DNA from: an uncultured Gammaproteobacteria bacterium
Lineage (GTDB): Bacteria > Pseudomonadota > Gammaproteobacteria > Steroidobacterales > Rariloculaceae
DNA length: 64,000 nt
NCBI GenBank assembly: GCA_963744305.1
Contig: CAVUTF010000016.1
Coordinates: 4,459-68,458 of the forward strand
Direction: 5' to 3'
Shown: positions 18,628 to 28,052 of the stretch, one piece after another
How positions within the stretch are numbered: position 1 is the first letter of the stretch
Layout: each line of letters opens with the position of its first letter
The notes under the pieces: model-generated
Seen by the model: the letters and a program-made list of their open reading frames with translations, nothing else
Told to the model about the DNA's origin: nothing
The model's database searches: none
Translations under genes and position numbers: made by a program

Positions 18628-20582
18628 ATGGAACGCGGACATCGTGGGCTCTTCATTGCGGCGCTGGCCCTTGGTGCTTGCATCGGCGGTTGTGGAGGCA
18701 GTCACGGTGACGGGGCGCCCGCTGCGCCGACCCCCCGGCACCGCTGACGCCGCCGCCGACACCGGTCCGCGTCGAAGGCGCCGTGCAAAAGGGCCCCTTC
18801 CTCGTAGGCTCAACGGTTTTTATCAACCGGCGCGATGCGCGCGGAGTTTCGACTTCCTCGACGATCCTTTCGGAGATCGAGGACAGCATCGGCTCGTTCG
18901 ACTTCGTGACGACGGATCCGGGGCTAGCTCAGATCGTCGCGACGGGTTACTACTTCAGCGAGCTCACGGGCCAGGTGTCCAACGGCACGTTGACGCTCCG
19001 GGCGCTGTACGAGATCACCGATAAGCCCGGGCAAAAGGCCCATGTCAACATCATGACGCATCTGATCAACGATCGCGTCCTCGCTCTTCTTGCAGCGGGA
19101 AACATCGACGCGGCCGGGGCGATAGCAAAGGCCGAAGCGGAGCTAATCAAAGCGTTCCAAGACGCGCTGCCCGTCGCGGGCGTCGAGGGGTTCTCCGGCC
19201 TGAGCGTCTATAACACGAGCGGATCGGCGGGAGTCGGCAACACCTATCTCCTCGCGCTATCCACGGGATTCTACGAATACGCTGCCATCAAAGCGGAGGA
19301 GTTCGGCACCGCGACCGACCCCGAGCTGACGCTCGTACTGAACAGAATTTCGGACGATCTCGAGGCCGACGGCGACCTCGACACGACGGGATTCATTCGC
19401 GACTTCACGAGGGCCATACGCAGCCTGAGCCCGGAGACGATCACGGACAACTTGCGCAAGCGCGCAATCGTCGACTATCCGGCCGGGCTCGACGTGCCAG
19501 ACATCTCGGTGTTCCTGAATCTGTGCGCCGGCAACTTCGCGTGCCCGTGGCGCGCGGGCGCGCCGTTGCCGCAGGAGACGGAGTCGCACGCGACGGCCGT
19601 GCACGGCGGGAAGATTTATCTGTTCGGCGGCTTCACCTCGGCCGACGACTATTGCGGAGTAGGGCTTTGCGTCCCGCGCGACGCTTTCCGAGAGGTGTAC
19701 GCGTACGATCCGGTGGCAAACGCCTGGGAACCGCGCGCGCCGCTCCCCGTGGGCATGGCCCAGGTCGGCGCTCACACCGTCGGCGACAAGATCTATGTGA
19801 TTCCGAGTGCCGTCAGGAGCCCTTATGGGTACGGGGAGTCCGCCTGGGGCTCCGAGGTGTCGAGCAATGCGATCTTCGAGTACGACCCGGCGACAGATGG
19901 CTGGGTCGAGAAGGCGCCGCGACCGACCCACCGCCGCGATGTCGCGACAGTGGCCGTCGACGGCAAGATCTACGTGATCGGCGGACGCGGCGAACAGAAC
20001 AACGGTCCCACTCCCGAGTCGAACTGGACCACAGAGTTCAAAGCTCACGTCGAAATCTACGACCCGGCTACGAATAGCTGGTCCACCGGCCATCCTGCGC
20101 CGTTTCCGATGGTGGGTCGCACGAGTTGCGCCGTAGGTCACCAAATCTATGTGTTCGGCGTGTCCGCCGGAGGCCCCGGCTATAGCTATTGGAGTCCGTC
20201 GCTCCTCGTGTATGACGTTGCGGCGGATCAGTGGTCAACGAAGGCGCCGGAGCCCAAGGAAATCATCCTTCGAGCGTGCATCACGACCGGTGACGTGGTC
20301 CGGGTGTTCGGTGGCTACGACCGGTCAGAGCCGCTGGCGCGGGCATCCGATCGAGTGGACGTCTACGATCCGCTTGCCGACTCGTGGTCGTCGGATACGC
20401 GCCTGCCGACCGCGCGTCACAGTGCGAGCGCGTCGCGGATCGGCAACGATGTATTCGTCTTCGGTGGCCGGTCGGACTCCATCGTTGGCAGGACCAGCGG
20501 TGGCGTGATCATGGAGTGGCACCAGGCCGACGCCCTAGAGATACTGAACCTCGAGGTTCTCGCGGACGACGCCGTTCCCTGA
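18628..20582 (+). CDS. Kelch-repeat lipoprotein; frame broken in a C6 run
   Basis: ATG 18628 gives lipoprotein signal MERGHRGLFIAALALGAC. The frames join at 18731-18736 (..GAPAAPTP / PAPLTPPPTPVRVEGAVQKGPF..). Six Kelch-like blades are present (GGKIYLFGG, GDKIYVI, DGKIYVIGG, GHQIYVFG, GDVVRVFGG, GNDVFVFGG). Confidence 0.8.
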
Positions 20583-20682
20583 GGAGGCGCTTGGCCGTCG
20601 TCGACGTAATCCGTATAACGGACGCGCCTGGCGCGCGCGAGCGTCTTTTTGACGGTCTATTCCGGGGGACATCGGTAACAGT

Positions 20683-22560
20683 TTACGAATCCCCGCGAGG
20701 AGAGCAGGGAGGAACGTTCTCCGGAACAATAACCAGATTGGGACACATCAACCTCAACACTCCAACGGCCACACGGGGCAGCCCAACAATCTTCACATCG
20801 CGCCCCGCCCCTAAGACTTCAGTGAGGATGTCCTTTGTAATGGCAACCCATCCGCCCGACGTCTCATAACTGAGAACGAACTCCCCCTCTAGCCGACCGC
20901 GCAAGAGCTGCGTCTGGTCATAAGAATCAGCCTTGTGCGCAGCCACAATCTGCATGTCCGACGATCGGAAGTATTGGACCGGAAGATCCGGAATCAGCGA
21001 CGCCTTCGAATCAACCTGTAGATCCTCTTCGGGCAGGATGAATAGGCGCCCGGTTTGAACAGCAGCGTTCGCCTCACCATCGGAAACGCGTCTGCGCAGC
21101 GCATGCTCGAGCCGATCGAAAATGTCTTCGGCAAACTGTTGGGGGTAGTCGAACTGTTTTGCCACTTCCGGGTCGATGTGCGGCAACTTCCGCCAGCCGC
21201 TCACCCAAGCGAGCTTGTCGGCGTTGGCTTCCCCATCGACAAAGACGTCTTCCAGACTGAAGTGTGTCACGGCATCGGGCTGTAAGGCCTTGAGCGCCAT
21301 ATGCTCCAGGAGATTGGATGAAAACCCATAAAGGACCCCATACGGAGAATAGGTGCCGTCGACCGGCCTGAAATGTGGACAGTCGTCATACAACGGCTTC
21401 GACAGGCGACTGATCCGTGCTTCGTACTGTTGGAGCAGCTGAACGTGTCGCTGTCCCATGGGCGTATAGACAGCGTGCTCATCGCGATCCGTCGTTATGA
21501 AGAGATGCTCGATCATGCTGTAAGGACCCAGCAAGTCGAGGCGATTTAGAAACAACTCTGGATCCGGAGAAATGCCCTGACAAATGGCGGCTGCCAATTC
21601 GAGCCGCTTCTGGCCGTCGCCACTGTGCCTGGCGTGTTCGTAAGCCTCGAGCAGCGGCACGAGACCTTGAATCAGCAGGGCGAAATCAAGGGCATTGGAG
21701 TTGCGGGTGCTCAGAACCAGGCTGCTCTCATCGAGAGACACACCCTTCTGCATGGAGGAGTGGCGAAGCTGTGAACGTAGGTGCCCGCCAGCCATTCGAA
21801 CGCCGGCTTTGTGAATTTCAATCCGGTCCTCTTCCGAAAGGGTCTCTGCGATTTGTTCCGCGACTTCGAAATAGGCCGCCAACTCATCGGTCGTGGGGCT
21901 CTGTGCCACCGGGATCAGCCATCGCGCATCTCGCACGAGCACCGGCTGATCAGCCGGTGTGATTCTCCAGAGCTGGTCGAGCACGCTTTGAACTTGCGAG
22001 AGCCGATCGCCGGCGCTGCTCGAGCCGGCATCCCAGAGGCGCATACTCAACAGCGCAAGCAGCCGTATCACGTACAAGTTAAACAGAGTGTGCGCGTATC
22101 GAACGCGACCATTGCGACCCGGCCAACGAGTCTGCCGCCACAAAACAAAGCCGCGGATCATCATCTCCGCCGGATCGACTAGGTCGTTATGCAGTCCGGG
22201 AGACTCACGAGGCCTGAATCCACTTGCCCAATGCGCTTCTTGCAATTGACCTCTAAGACGAGCTTGGTCGTGGGTGATCCCAGTGAGCGTGAAGAAGCAA
22301 TCCTCGAAGTGACGAGACAGAAGGGGACGGTCTTGCAGGTATTGGATCGGCTTTCGTTGGGCGTTCAGCACGCCTTGTATTCTCTCGACGATTTCATCGC
22401 GACGGGCCAAGAACAATTGGAGAACTTCGACATGCGCCTGAAACGGCACATGGCCAAGACGTTGTGCGGCTGGCCTCTCTTCCGGCGCAAGGAACGGATG
22501 AAGCGATTCGCCTATCACAATGCTCCCCATGAATCGGAAGCCAAATAGTGGCTGAACCAC
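20683..22560 (-). CDS. 625-aa hypothetical protein, no recognisable domain, in a lower-GC island
   Basis: Long uninterrupted ORF with protein-like composition. Spot counts give about 52-55% GC against about 70% for the flanks. No signal peptide, P-loop, nuclease or HTH motif recognised. Confidence 0.6.
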   Translation of the reverse strand: MVQPLFGFRFMGSIVIGESLHPFLAPEERPAAQRLGHVPFQAHVEVLQLFLARRDEIVERIQGVLNAQRKPIQYLQDRPLLSRHFEDCFFTLTGITHDQARLRGQLQEAHWASGFRPRESPGLHNDLVDPAEMMIRGFVLWRQTRWPGRNGRVRYAHTLFNLYVIRLLALLSMRLWDAGSSSAGDRLSQVQSVLDQLWRITPADQPVLVRDARWLIPVAQSPTTDELAAYFEVAEQIAETLSEEDRIEIHKAGVRMAGGHLRSQLRHSSMQKGVSLDESSLVLSTRNSNALDFALLIQGLVPLLEAYEHARHSGDGQKRLELAAAICQGISPDPELFLNRLDLLGPYSMIEHLFITTDRDEHAVYTPMGQRHVQLLQQYEARISRLSKPLYDDCPHFRPVDGTYSPYGVLYGFSSNLLEHMALKALQPDAVTHFSLEDVFVDGEANADKLAWVSGWRKLPHIDPEVAKQFDYPQQFAEDIFDRLEHALRRRVSDGEANAAVQTGRLFILPEEDLQVDSKASLIPDLPVQYFRSSDMQIVAAHKADSYDQTQLLRGRLEGEFVLSYETSGGWVAITKDILTEVLGAGRDVKIVGLPRVAVGVLRLMCPNLVIVPENVPPCSPRGDS

Positions 22561-22914
22561 ATCTGACCGAGCAAGAGCGTCCTCGAGCCGTCCCCAAGAG
22601 GAGAAGCGCGGCGAATAACGGCAACGGCAACAATTGGCCGGACGCGGGAATTGCGGTCACTCTCTGTTATGCAAGTGACGTCAACAGCTTCAAGCATGGT
22701 CGTTTGCGACGGATCCAGCGCAGAATCTCGGCAACTGCGGACGTGCTCCGCGGCCGGACATAACACGAGCCTGTATGGCGCTTGACACTGATCTTTCCAG
22801 CGATGACGAGCTGCACCGCTTACAGAACATCCTGCTTGGTAGCGTGCTCCGCGACGCGCGACAACTGACGGGCGTGCGTCGAGGCCGAGCACGGCGAAAT
22901 GAAGGGGAGGGCAA

Positions 22915-22998
22915 ATGCGTTTGATCTCTTGGCTCGACGCGCTTGCTCAGGACACGCGCCATGCGGTGCGCGGATTGCGTCGAAGCCCCGGCTATGCC
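22915..22998 (+). pseudogene. N-terminal fragment of an ADOP/MacB-FtsX-type permease
   Basis: MRLISWLDALAQDTRHAVRGLRRSPGYA matches the hallmark L.QD.R.A.R.LR+SPGF start of ADOP-family permeases. The expected TM helix (AVLTLALGIGA) is missing in all frames. Confidence 0.5.
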
Positions 22999-23056
22999 TC
23001 ACGCCTCGCGTTTTTGTGGCAGACTTTCAACCCACAACAACAGGGCGGAGATACCG

Positions 23057-23449
23057 ATGTCCAAAGGCAGCTGTTTGTGCGGGAAGATCACGTACGAAGC
23101 GAAAGTCGAGCCCAACATCACGAAATGCCACTGCAAGATCTGCCAGAAGGTAAGCGGCTCGGCGTACGGCGACTACGCGACGGCCGCGATCGATAGCTTC
23201 AAGTGGACGAGCGGCGAAAAGCTACTGACGAAATACGAAAGCTCGCCAGGCAACTTCCGAAATTTCTGCTCCGTGTGCGGCACTCACATGCCGACGGGCC
23301 ACCCCTCGATGGGTATCTATTTCATTCAGCCCGGCACGCTCGACAGCGACGAGCCGCTCGTCGAGGTGGCGCACATGTTTCTGCGGTCTAGCGCTGCGTG
23401 GCACAAGCGGCAAGAAGGGCTCACGGAGTTTCCGGAGTATCCGGCCTAG
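23057..23449 (+). CDS. GFA (glutathione-dependent formaldehyde-activating / CENP-V-like) family protein
   Basis: ATG 23057 (GGAG upstream). Cys ligand pattern SCLCG...CHCKICQKVSGS...CSVCG. Confidence 0.8.
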   Translation: MSKGSCLCGKITYEAKVEPNITKCHCKICQKVSGSAYGDYATAAIDSFKWTSGEKLLTKYESSPGNFRNFCSVCGTHMPTGHPSMGIYFIQPGTLDSDEPLVEVAHMFLRSSAAWHKRQEGLTEFPEYPA

Positions 23450-23456
23450 CGCGAGC

Positions 23457-24485
23457 GTGTCGGTGGTCAAATTGCGCCCCTGGCCAGGCAGGACGCCCGG
23501 CGGCGCGCTGGTTAGCGCAGCAGCGATCTCGATCGCAGCCCTGACGGCGGCCGTTTCGGTCGAGGCACAACCGCGCGACGCGCGCATCGCCGCCGCAGTC
23601 GCCGCCGTGTCCGAGGATGAATTGCGCCGCTCGATGGCGACGCTAGTGTCTTTCGGTACTCGTTTCGCCGGTGCGCCGCGCAACACTGCCGACGAGCGTC
23701 ACGGCGTCGACGCCGCGCGTGATTGGATCGCCACGCAGTTTTCGAGCTTCAGCCCGCGGCTCGACGTCTTCTACGACATCCATCCCATACGGCGCGGGCG
23801 TATTCTCTATAATGTTGTCGCCGAGCTGCCGGGAACGCGCTTCCCAGCGCGGCGCATCCTGATCGTCGCGCACTACGATTCGGCGTCGTTGGAATCGTGG
23901 ACCGATCCGCGGGCACCGGCGCCCGGCGCGAGCGACAACGCGACCGGAACCGCCTGCATTCTCGAGGTCGCGCGCATCCTGAGTGGCTACGAATTCGACA
24001 AGACGATCGTCTTCATCGCGTTCTCCGGCGAGGAACACGGGTTGCTCGGCAGCACAGCTTACGTCGCTGCGCTACCGCCGGCCGAGCGCGGCATCGAAGC
24101 GGTGCTCAACAACGATATCGTCGGTAACGAATTCTCCGACAACGGTACACGCGTCGCGGATCGTATCCGTGTATTCGCCACGAGCGAGGCCGGCTCGCCC
24201 GCTCGGACGCTCGCCCATCGCGTCGTCGATGCAACCGCACGCCACGTCCCAGGGTTCGCGGCGGATGTGATTCCGGCCGTCGATCGCAGGGGGCGCGGCA
24301 GCGACCACATTTCGTTTCTCTGGGCCGGGTATGCTGCCGTGCGGCTCGTCGCCGTCGTCGAAATGCTAAAAAACCAGCACAACGACCGCGACACGCTCGA
24401 GCACGTGTCGATCCCCTACTTGGCGCAGGCGACCCGCGTCAACGTCGCGGCAATCGCGATGCTGGCTACCGTGGCACCGGACTGA
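23457..24485 (+). CDS. M28 family metallopeptidase, exported
   Basis: Signal peptide; blocks VAHYDS, PGASDNATG, FSGEEHGLLGS, GSDH. Confidence 0.8.
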   Translation: MSVVKLRPWPGRTPGGALVSAAAISIAALTAAVSVEAQPRDARIAAAVAAVSEDELRRSMATLVSFGTRFAGAPRNTADERHGVDAARDWIATQFSSFSPRLDVFYDIHPIRRGRILYNVVAELPGTRFPARRILIVAHYDSASLESWTDPRAPAPGASDNATGTACILEVARILSGYEFDKTIVFIAFSGEEHGLLGSTAYVAALPPAERGIEAVLNNDIVGNEFSDNGTRVADRIRVFATSEAGSPARTLAHRVVDATARHVPGFAADVIPAVDRRGRGSDHISFLWAGYAAVRLVAVVEMLKNQHNDRDTLEHVSIPYLAQATRVNVAAIAMLATVAPD

Positions 24486-25533
24486 ATCGCGCCCTCAGGG
24501 CGAGACTTCATTATTGCCGCGTAGTGGCCGCCGCCGGGCGCTGGGACAAACTGTTTGTCGGGCGCGCTGATGAAGTCCGCATACTCCTTCGCAAGCTCGA
24601 AAGGCGTGTAATCGTCTTCCGTGCCTTGAAAAATGAATATCGGAACGCCCAAATCGGGTCCGAGCGCTGGTAAGTCCACCGACACGAGCGGACCTTTCAT
24701 ATCCTTGCCGAAAAAGTGATCTTGACTCGCGAGAAAGCCACTCAGCCAATTACGCGCGTCCATGAGGCTGTAGCCCGGCGCATAAAGCAGGCTGGTGAGA
24801 ATTGCACTGGAGCTTGGGTTGCCGGCTTCGTAAGCGCCCGCCCATTTGCGTTGAGTTCGAAACTCCGTGTCCGACTCATAAGGCGGCGGGCCGATTGCTT
24901 CGAGCTCGCGATTGCCACTGCGTCGCCCCTGGCGCGCGCTTTGGCGAGCACTCGCTCGTACGCTAAGGCTTCGCCGCGCTGTAGGTTCATGTTCTGGCCG
25001 GTTCCGGCATAGCCATAGAACAGATCGGGCCGCTGCTTGATCATGTGAATGCCAATGATGGTGCCCCAGGAGGACGCGTGGAGCCCAACTTGGCGTTTGC
25101 CGAGATGGTTGCGCAAAAACTCGGCGACCCCAATTCCGTCCTGCGCGATGCGCTCGATGGTGAGATTCGGGTCGATCTGACCGCCTGCACGGCCGAACGT
25201 TTTACCGGCGCCGGGTTGGTCCCATTCGACAACAACAAAATCCCTCTCCCAGCGCGAGGGGAGAAACGCGCTTGCCGCCGCGCCTGGGCCGCCGTCGAGA
25301 AAGAGAAGCGCGGGATTGTCGCGATCTTGCCCGCGAACGACGACCCAGTGTTCAGTGTCGCCGACTTTCACGAACATCGCTTCCTGAATCCCGTTCGGCG
25401 ATGCGATCGCCATCGCTTCGGCATTTGCGCTTTGCCTGTGGGCGCGATAGCCGAGGAAGCTCGCGACGAGCACGGCAAGGACAATCGCGAGGGCAAAGAC
25501 GCCGATGCCCACAATTCTCAGAGCGAATTTCAC
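24416..25533 (-). CDS. alpha/beta hydrolase (proline iminopeptidase-like), N-terminal TM anchor; apparent frameshift near 24908
   Basis: GTG 25533 gives VKFALRIVGIGVFALAIVLAVLV, then LLFLDGGPGAA and GLHASSWGT (nucleophile elbow). The frames join ..ARGDAVAI / (R)ELEAIGPPPYESDTEFRTQRKW.. into track ORF 24416..24763. The 3' end overlaps the convergent M28 gene by 70 nt, so the stop is uncertain. Confidence 0.7.
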
Positions 25534-25577
25534 GGAGAGCCCTTTTGCCCGCCCAACGCGGCCTGCCCGGTAAGACC

Positions 25578-26338
25578 CTACTTGACCGACAAAAGGCCCT
25601 CCGCACACGAGAACTCGCGCAGCTCGTCGTTCGGCGGCGATGCTTTCCGATACGTACGAATCTGGGTGTGGGGTTCGAGTAACGCCTTCGGATCCGTTGC
25701 CGTGATCCGATCCTCGAGGATGCCAGGCGACGTAAATCTGATGCGCTCGTGCACGGTGAGCTGATCGCTGTGCGGCGAGAACAGGTCGAGCAGCGTGTCC
25801 TCGCGAATGGCCACGGTGTCGACGACGAGCGTGTCGCCTTCCCAATGCCCGACGGAATACCCCCCGAACGTCGGATCGTCGAGCGTTCTCTGTGACGGCT
25901 TGCGTCCGTCCAGATAAATCCGGCGATACACGTCGTTCAGCTCGCCGTACATGCTGACCTTGTCCTTCGTCTGCTGAATTTCCATGCCGTAGCCCATCGA
26001 CATCATCCCGGGCATGCCGGCAGAGAGGCAGTTGGCGTTCGGATCGGTGTCAGACTCTCCAGCCATGCGCGACTGCCGCATGGCCTCCCACTTGGCAAGG
26101 TACTCGGGCGCGAGCTTGGGCGCGGTCGCCGGCCGGCCCTCACGCCCGTCGATCACCCTCACGGGTCGCGGCGGCGTCCCCGCACCGCGCGGCGCGGCTG
26201 GCGCCGCGTCCGCGTTAAACGGATAGTACACGCCGGAAAAATCCGGATGCGCCGGCGTCTCCTGCGCGCGAATCATGCCGTCGATCCAGGCAGCAGGCAT
26301 ACGAGCGCCACGGAAAGCACAGCAATGGTCTTCGACAT
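25578..26338 (-). CDS. GDTLV-domain exported protein, module 4; apparent frameshift near 26290
   Basis: ATG 26338 (GGAGGGAGG SD, 21 nt after the stop of 26360..26731) encodes signal peptide MSKTIAVLSVALVCLLP and then hits a TGA. The mature part continues in track ORF frame: HPDFSGVYYP, NANCLSAGMP, YLDGR, GHWEGDTLVVDT, ITATDPKALLEP, EFSCAEG. Confidence 0.75.
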
Positions 26339-26359
26339 GATGTCCTCCCTCCGCCGCGA

Positions 26360-26731
26360 TTACTGAGGCGTCGTCTGTGACAGCACGGTGCCATCGGCGA
26401 GCGTGACGCGCGTGGCGAGACCGGTGTGGCTGCCGTCCCTCGCCGGGCTGAAATCCACCGTGATCGTGTCGCCGGGCTTGAAGGTGTTCTTCGACCATCC
26501 GGAACGGGCCAATATGCCGGGCGGGCGGCCCTCGATCTCCCACGCCGTCTTGCCGCCGTTGCCGTCGTCGACCGACAGAAAGATCCACACGTGCGGGTTC
26601 GTCCACCTCCATTCCGTGACCGTGCCTTTGAGCACGACCACCTTCTCGGGGTCGAACGCCGAGTTGCTGTGGTGCGCGAGGGCGGACGTCGCCGCCAGCA
26701 GCACCGCGATGACAACAAGCCAGGTTCTCAT
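26360..26731 (-). CDS. small exported HHS-NPH domain protein (DUF6152-like), module 4
   Basis: ATG 26731 (GGGAGG SD) gives MRTWLVVIAVLLAATSALA then HHSNSAFDPEKVVVLKGTVTEWRWTNPHVW. Confidence 0.85.
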   Translation of the reverse strand: MRTWLVVIAVLLAATSALAHHSNSAFDPEKVVVLKGTVTEWRWTNPHVWIFLSVDDGNGGKTAWEIEGRPPGILARSGWSKNTFKPGDTITVDFSPARDGSHTGLATRVTLADGTVLSQTTPQ

Positions 26732-26777
26732 GTGCAATCCTCCCGATGACGCCATGACATTAGCACGGAGGCGAGCA

Positions 26778-26793
26778 CTATGGGTGCCCATAG
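26778..26793. promoter_or_regulatory. 16-bp palindrome CTATGGGtgCCCATAG in the divergent promoter region between modules 4 and 5
   Basis: Perfect 7-bp arms, roughly central in the 128-bp intergenic region 26732-26859. A second small inverted repeat ACTGTttACAGT lies at 26810-26821. A regulatory role is inferred only. Confidence 0.3.
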
Positions 26794-26859
26794 AACGTCG
26801 GCCCCCTATACTGTTTACAGTCGACTAAGGCCCACTAGAAGCCGCTTCGGAGGTTGGCG

Positions 26860-27240
26860 ATGACGCGAAATCTTCTGGCCATCTTTGCACTCGTGGCGGT
26901 CACGGGGCCCGTTTTCGGTCACCACTCGGAAACGGCGGAGTTCGATCAGAGCAACCCGGTGAAGGTGACCGGCACCATCGTCAAAGTGGAATGGCTGAAT
27001 CCGCACGTCTGGTTCTACGTCGACGTGAAGGATGAGAAAGGAGACGTAACGACCTGGGGATTTTCCGGAGCGCCTCCGGGTGCTCTGATGCGTCGGGGCA
27101 TCACCAAGGAGGTCCTGAAAATCGGCGCGGTCGTCAACGTCGAAGGCTCACGCGCACGCGATGGGTCCAACAACGCTTCGGGCCGCAGCGTGACTTTCCC
27201 CGACGGCAAGAACGTGTTTACGGCAACACGAAGGTGGACG
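26860..27240 (+). CDS. small exported HHS-NPH domain protein (DUF6152-like), module 5; no in-frame stop before the next gene
   Basis: ATG 26860 (GGAGG 6 nt upstream) gives MTRNLLAIFALVAVTGPVFG then HHSETAEFDQSNPVKVTGTIVKVEWLNPHVW. It reads straight into ATG 27241 in the same frame. A TGA overlapping that ATG (ATGA) exists in the +2 frame, suggesting a lost frame near 27215-27240. Confidence 0.75.
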
Positions 27241-28007
27241 ATGAAAAACGCATGGCTACGGTCGAGCGTTCTTGCCGCAGCGATGGTGCTTGCGGCGGCC
27301 GCAACCTCGAGCGCTCAGGACATTCCCCGTATGCCGGACGGGAAGCCGGACTTCTCCGGTATCTACACGCCGCCATCAACGGTGAACGCGACCGGTCCCC
27401 GCGGCAACCTGATCTTCAACGCGGACAAGATGGCTCCGGTCAAGCCCGGCGCCGAAAGCTTGCTCTATGAGGCCCGCAACGGTGACCCGCGTCACGATGA
27501 GCCGCGCGCGATGTGCCTGCCGGCAGGCTTTCCTTCCGGCATGCTGTACATCTTGCCGATTCAGATCGTCCAGAATCCCAATCACATCGTGATCATTCCG
27601 GAGCTGCAGCGCGCGGCCCGGATCATCCCGACCGACGGTCGCCCGCACCGAGAGGGGATCGAGCCCTCGTACTACGGCGACTCGGTGGGACGGTGGGAAG
27701 GAGACACGCTCGTCATCGATACCGTCAACTTCAAGCGCTGGATCCTGGACGACTATCATTACACCGACCCGACCAAGACCCGCTGGCACAGCGATGCGCT
27801 CCGCACGACCGAACGCCTGAAGCGTGACGGCGACAAGCTCCTCTACCAGATCACGATCGACGACCCGAAGATTTTCATGCGGCCGTTCTCGCAGGACTTC
27901 GAATTGACGTTGCGCCCGGACTGGGAGAGCTCGGCCTTCTGGAGTACGTTTGCGAGGAGAACAATCGGTGCGCGGGAGGAAACTGCCGTCCGTCGGACGT
28001 TCAGTAG
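27241..28007 (+). CDS. GDTLV-domain exported protein, module 5; apparent frameshift near 27926
   Basis: ATG 27241 with AAGGTGGA SD and its own signal peptide MKNAWLRSSVLAAAMVLAAAATSSAQ. Motifs DGKPDFSGIY, RAMCLPAGFP, IPTDGR, GRWEGDTLVIDT, ITIDDPKIFMRPF. After ..RPDWE the family C-terminus LGLLEYVCEENNRCAGGNCRPSDVQ-stop (TAG 28005-28007) is in the -1 frame, so the track ORF end at 28155 is spurious. Confidence 0.75.
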
Positions 28008-28052
28008 ACATATATACAAGGTGTCGCGCCGATCGGCGGCGCGCCGTGCTCA

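Noticed and set aside
26810-26821. CTGT..ACAG inverted repeat resembling an SOS-box half-site arrangement
   Set aside because: The spacer is 2 nt rather than the 8 nt of CTGT-N8-ACAG LexA boxes. It is kept only as a minor inverted repeat within the divergent promoter finding.
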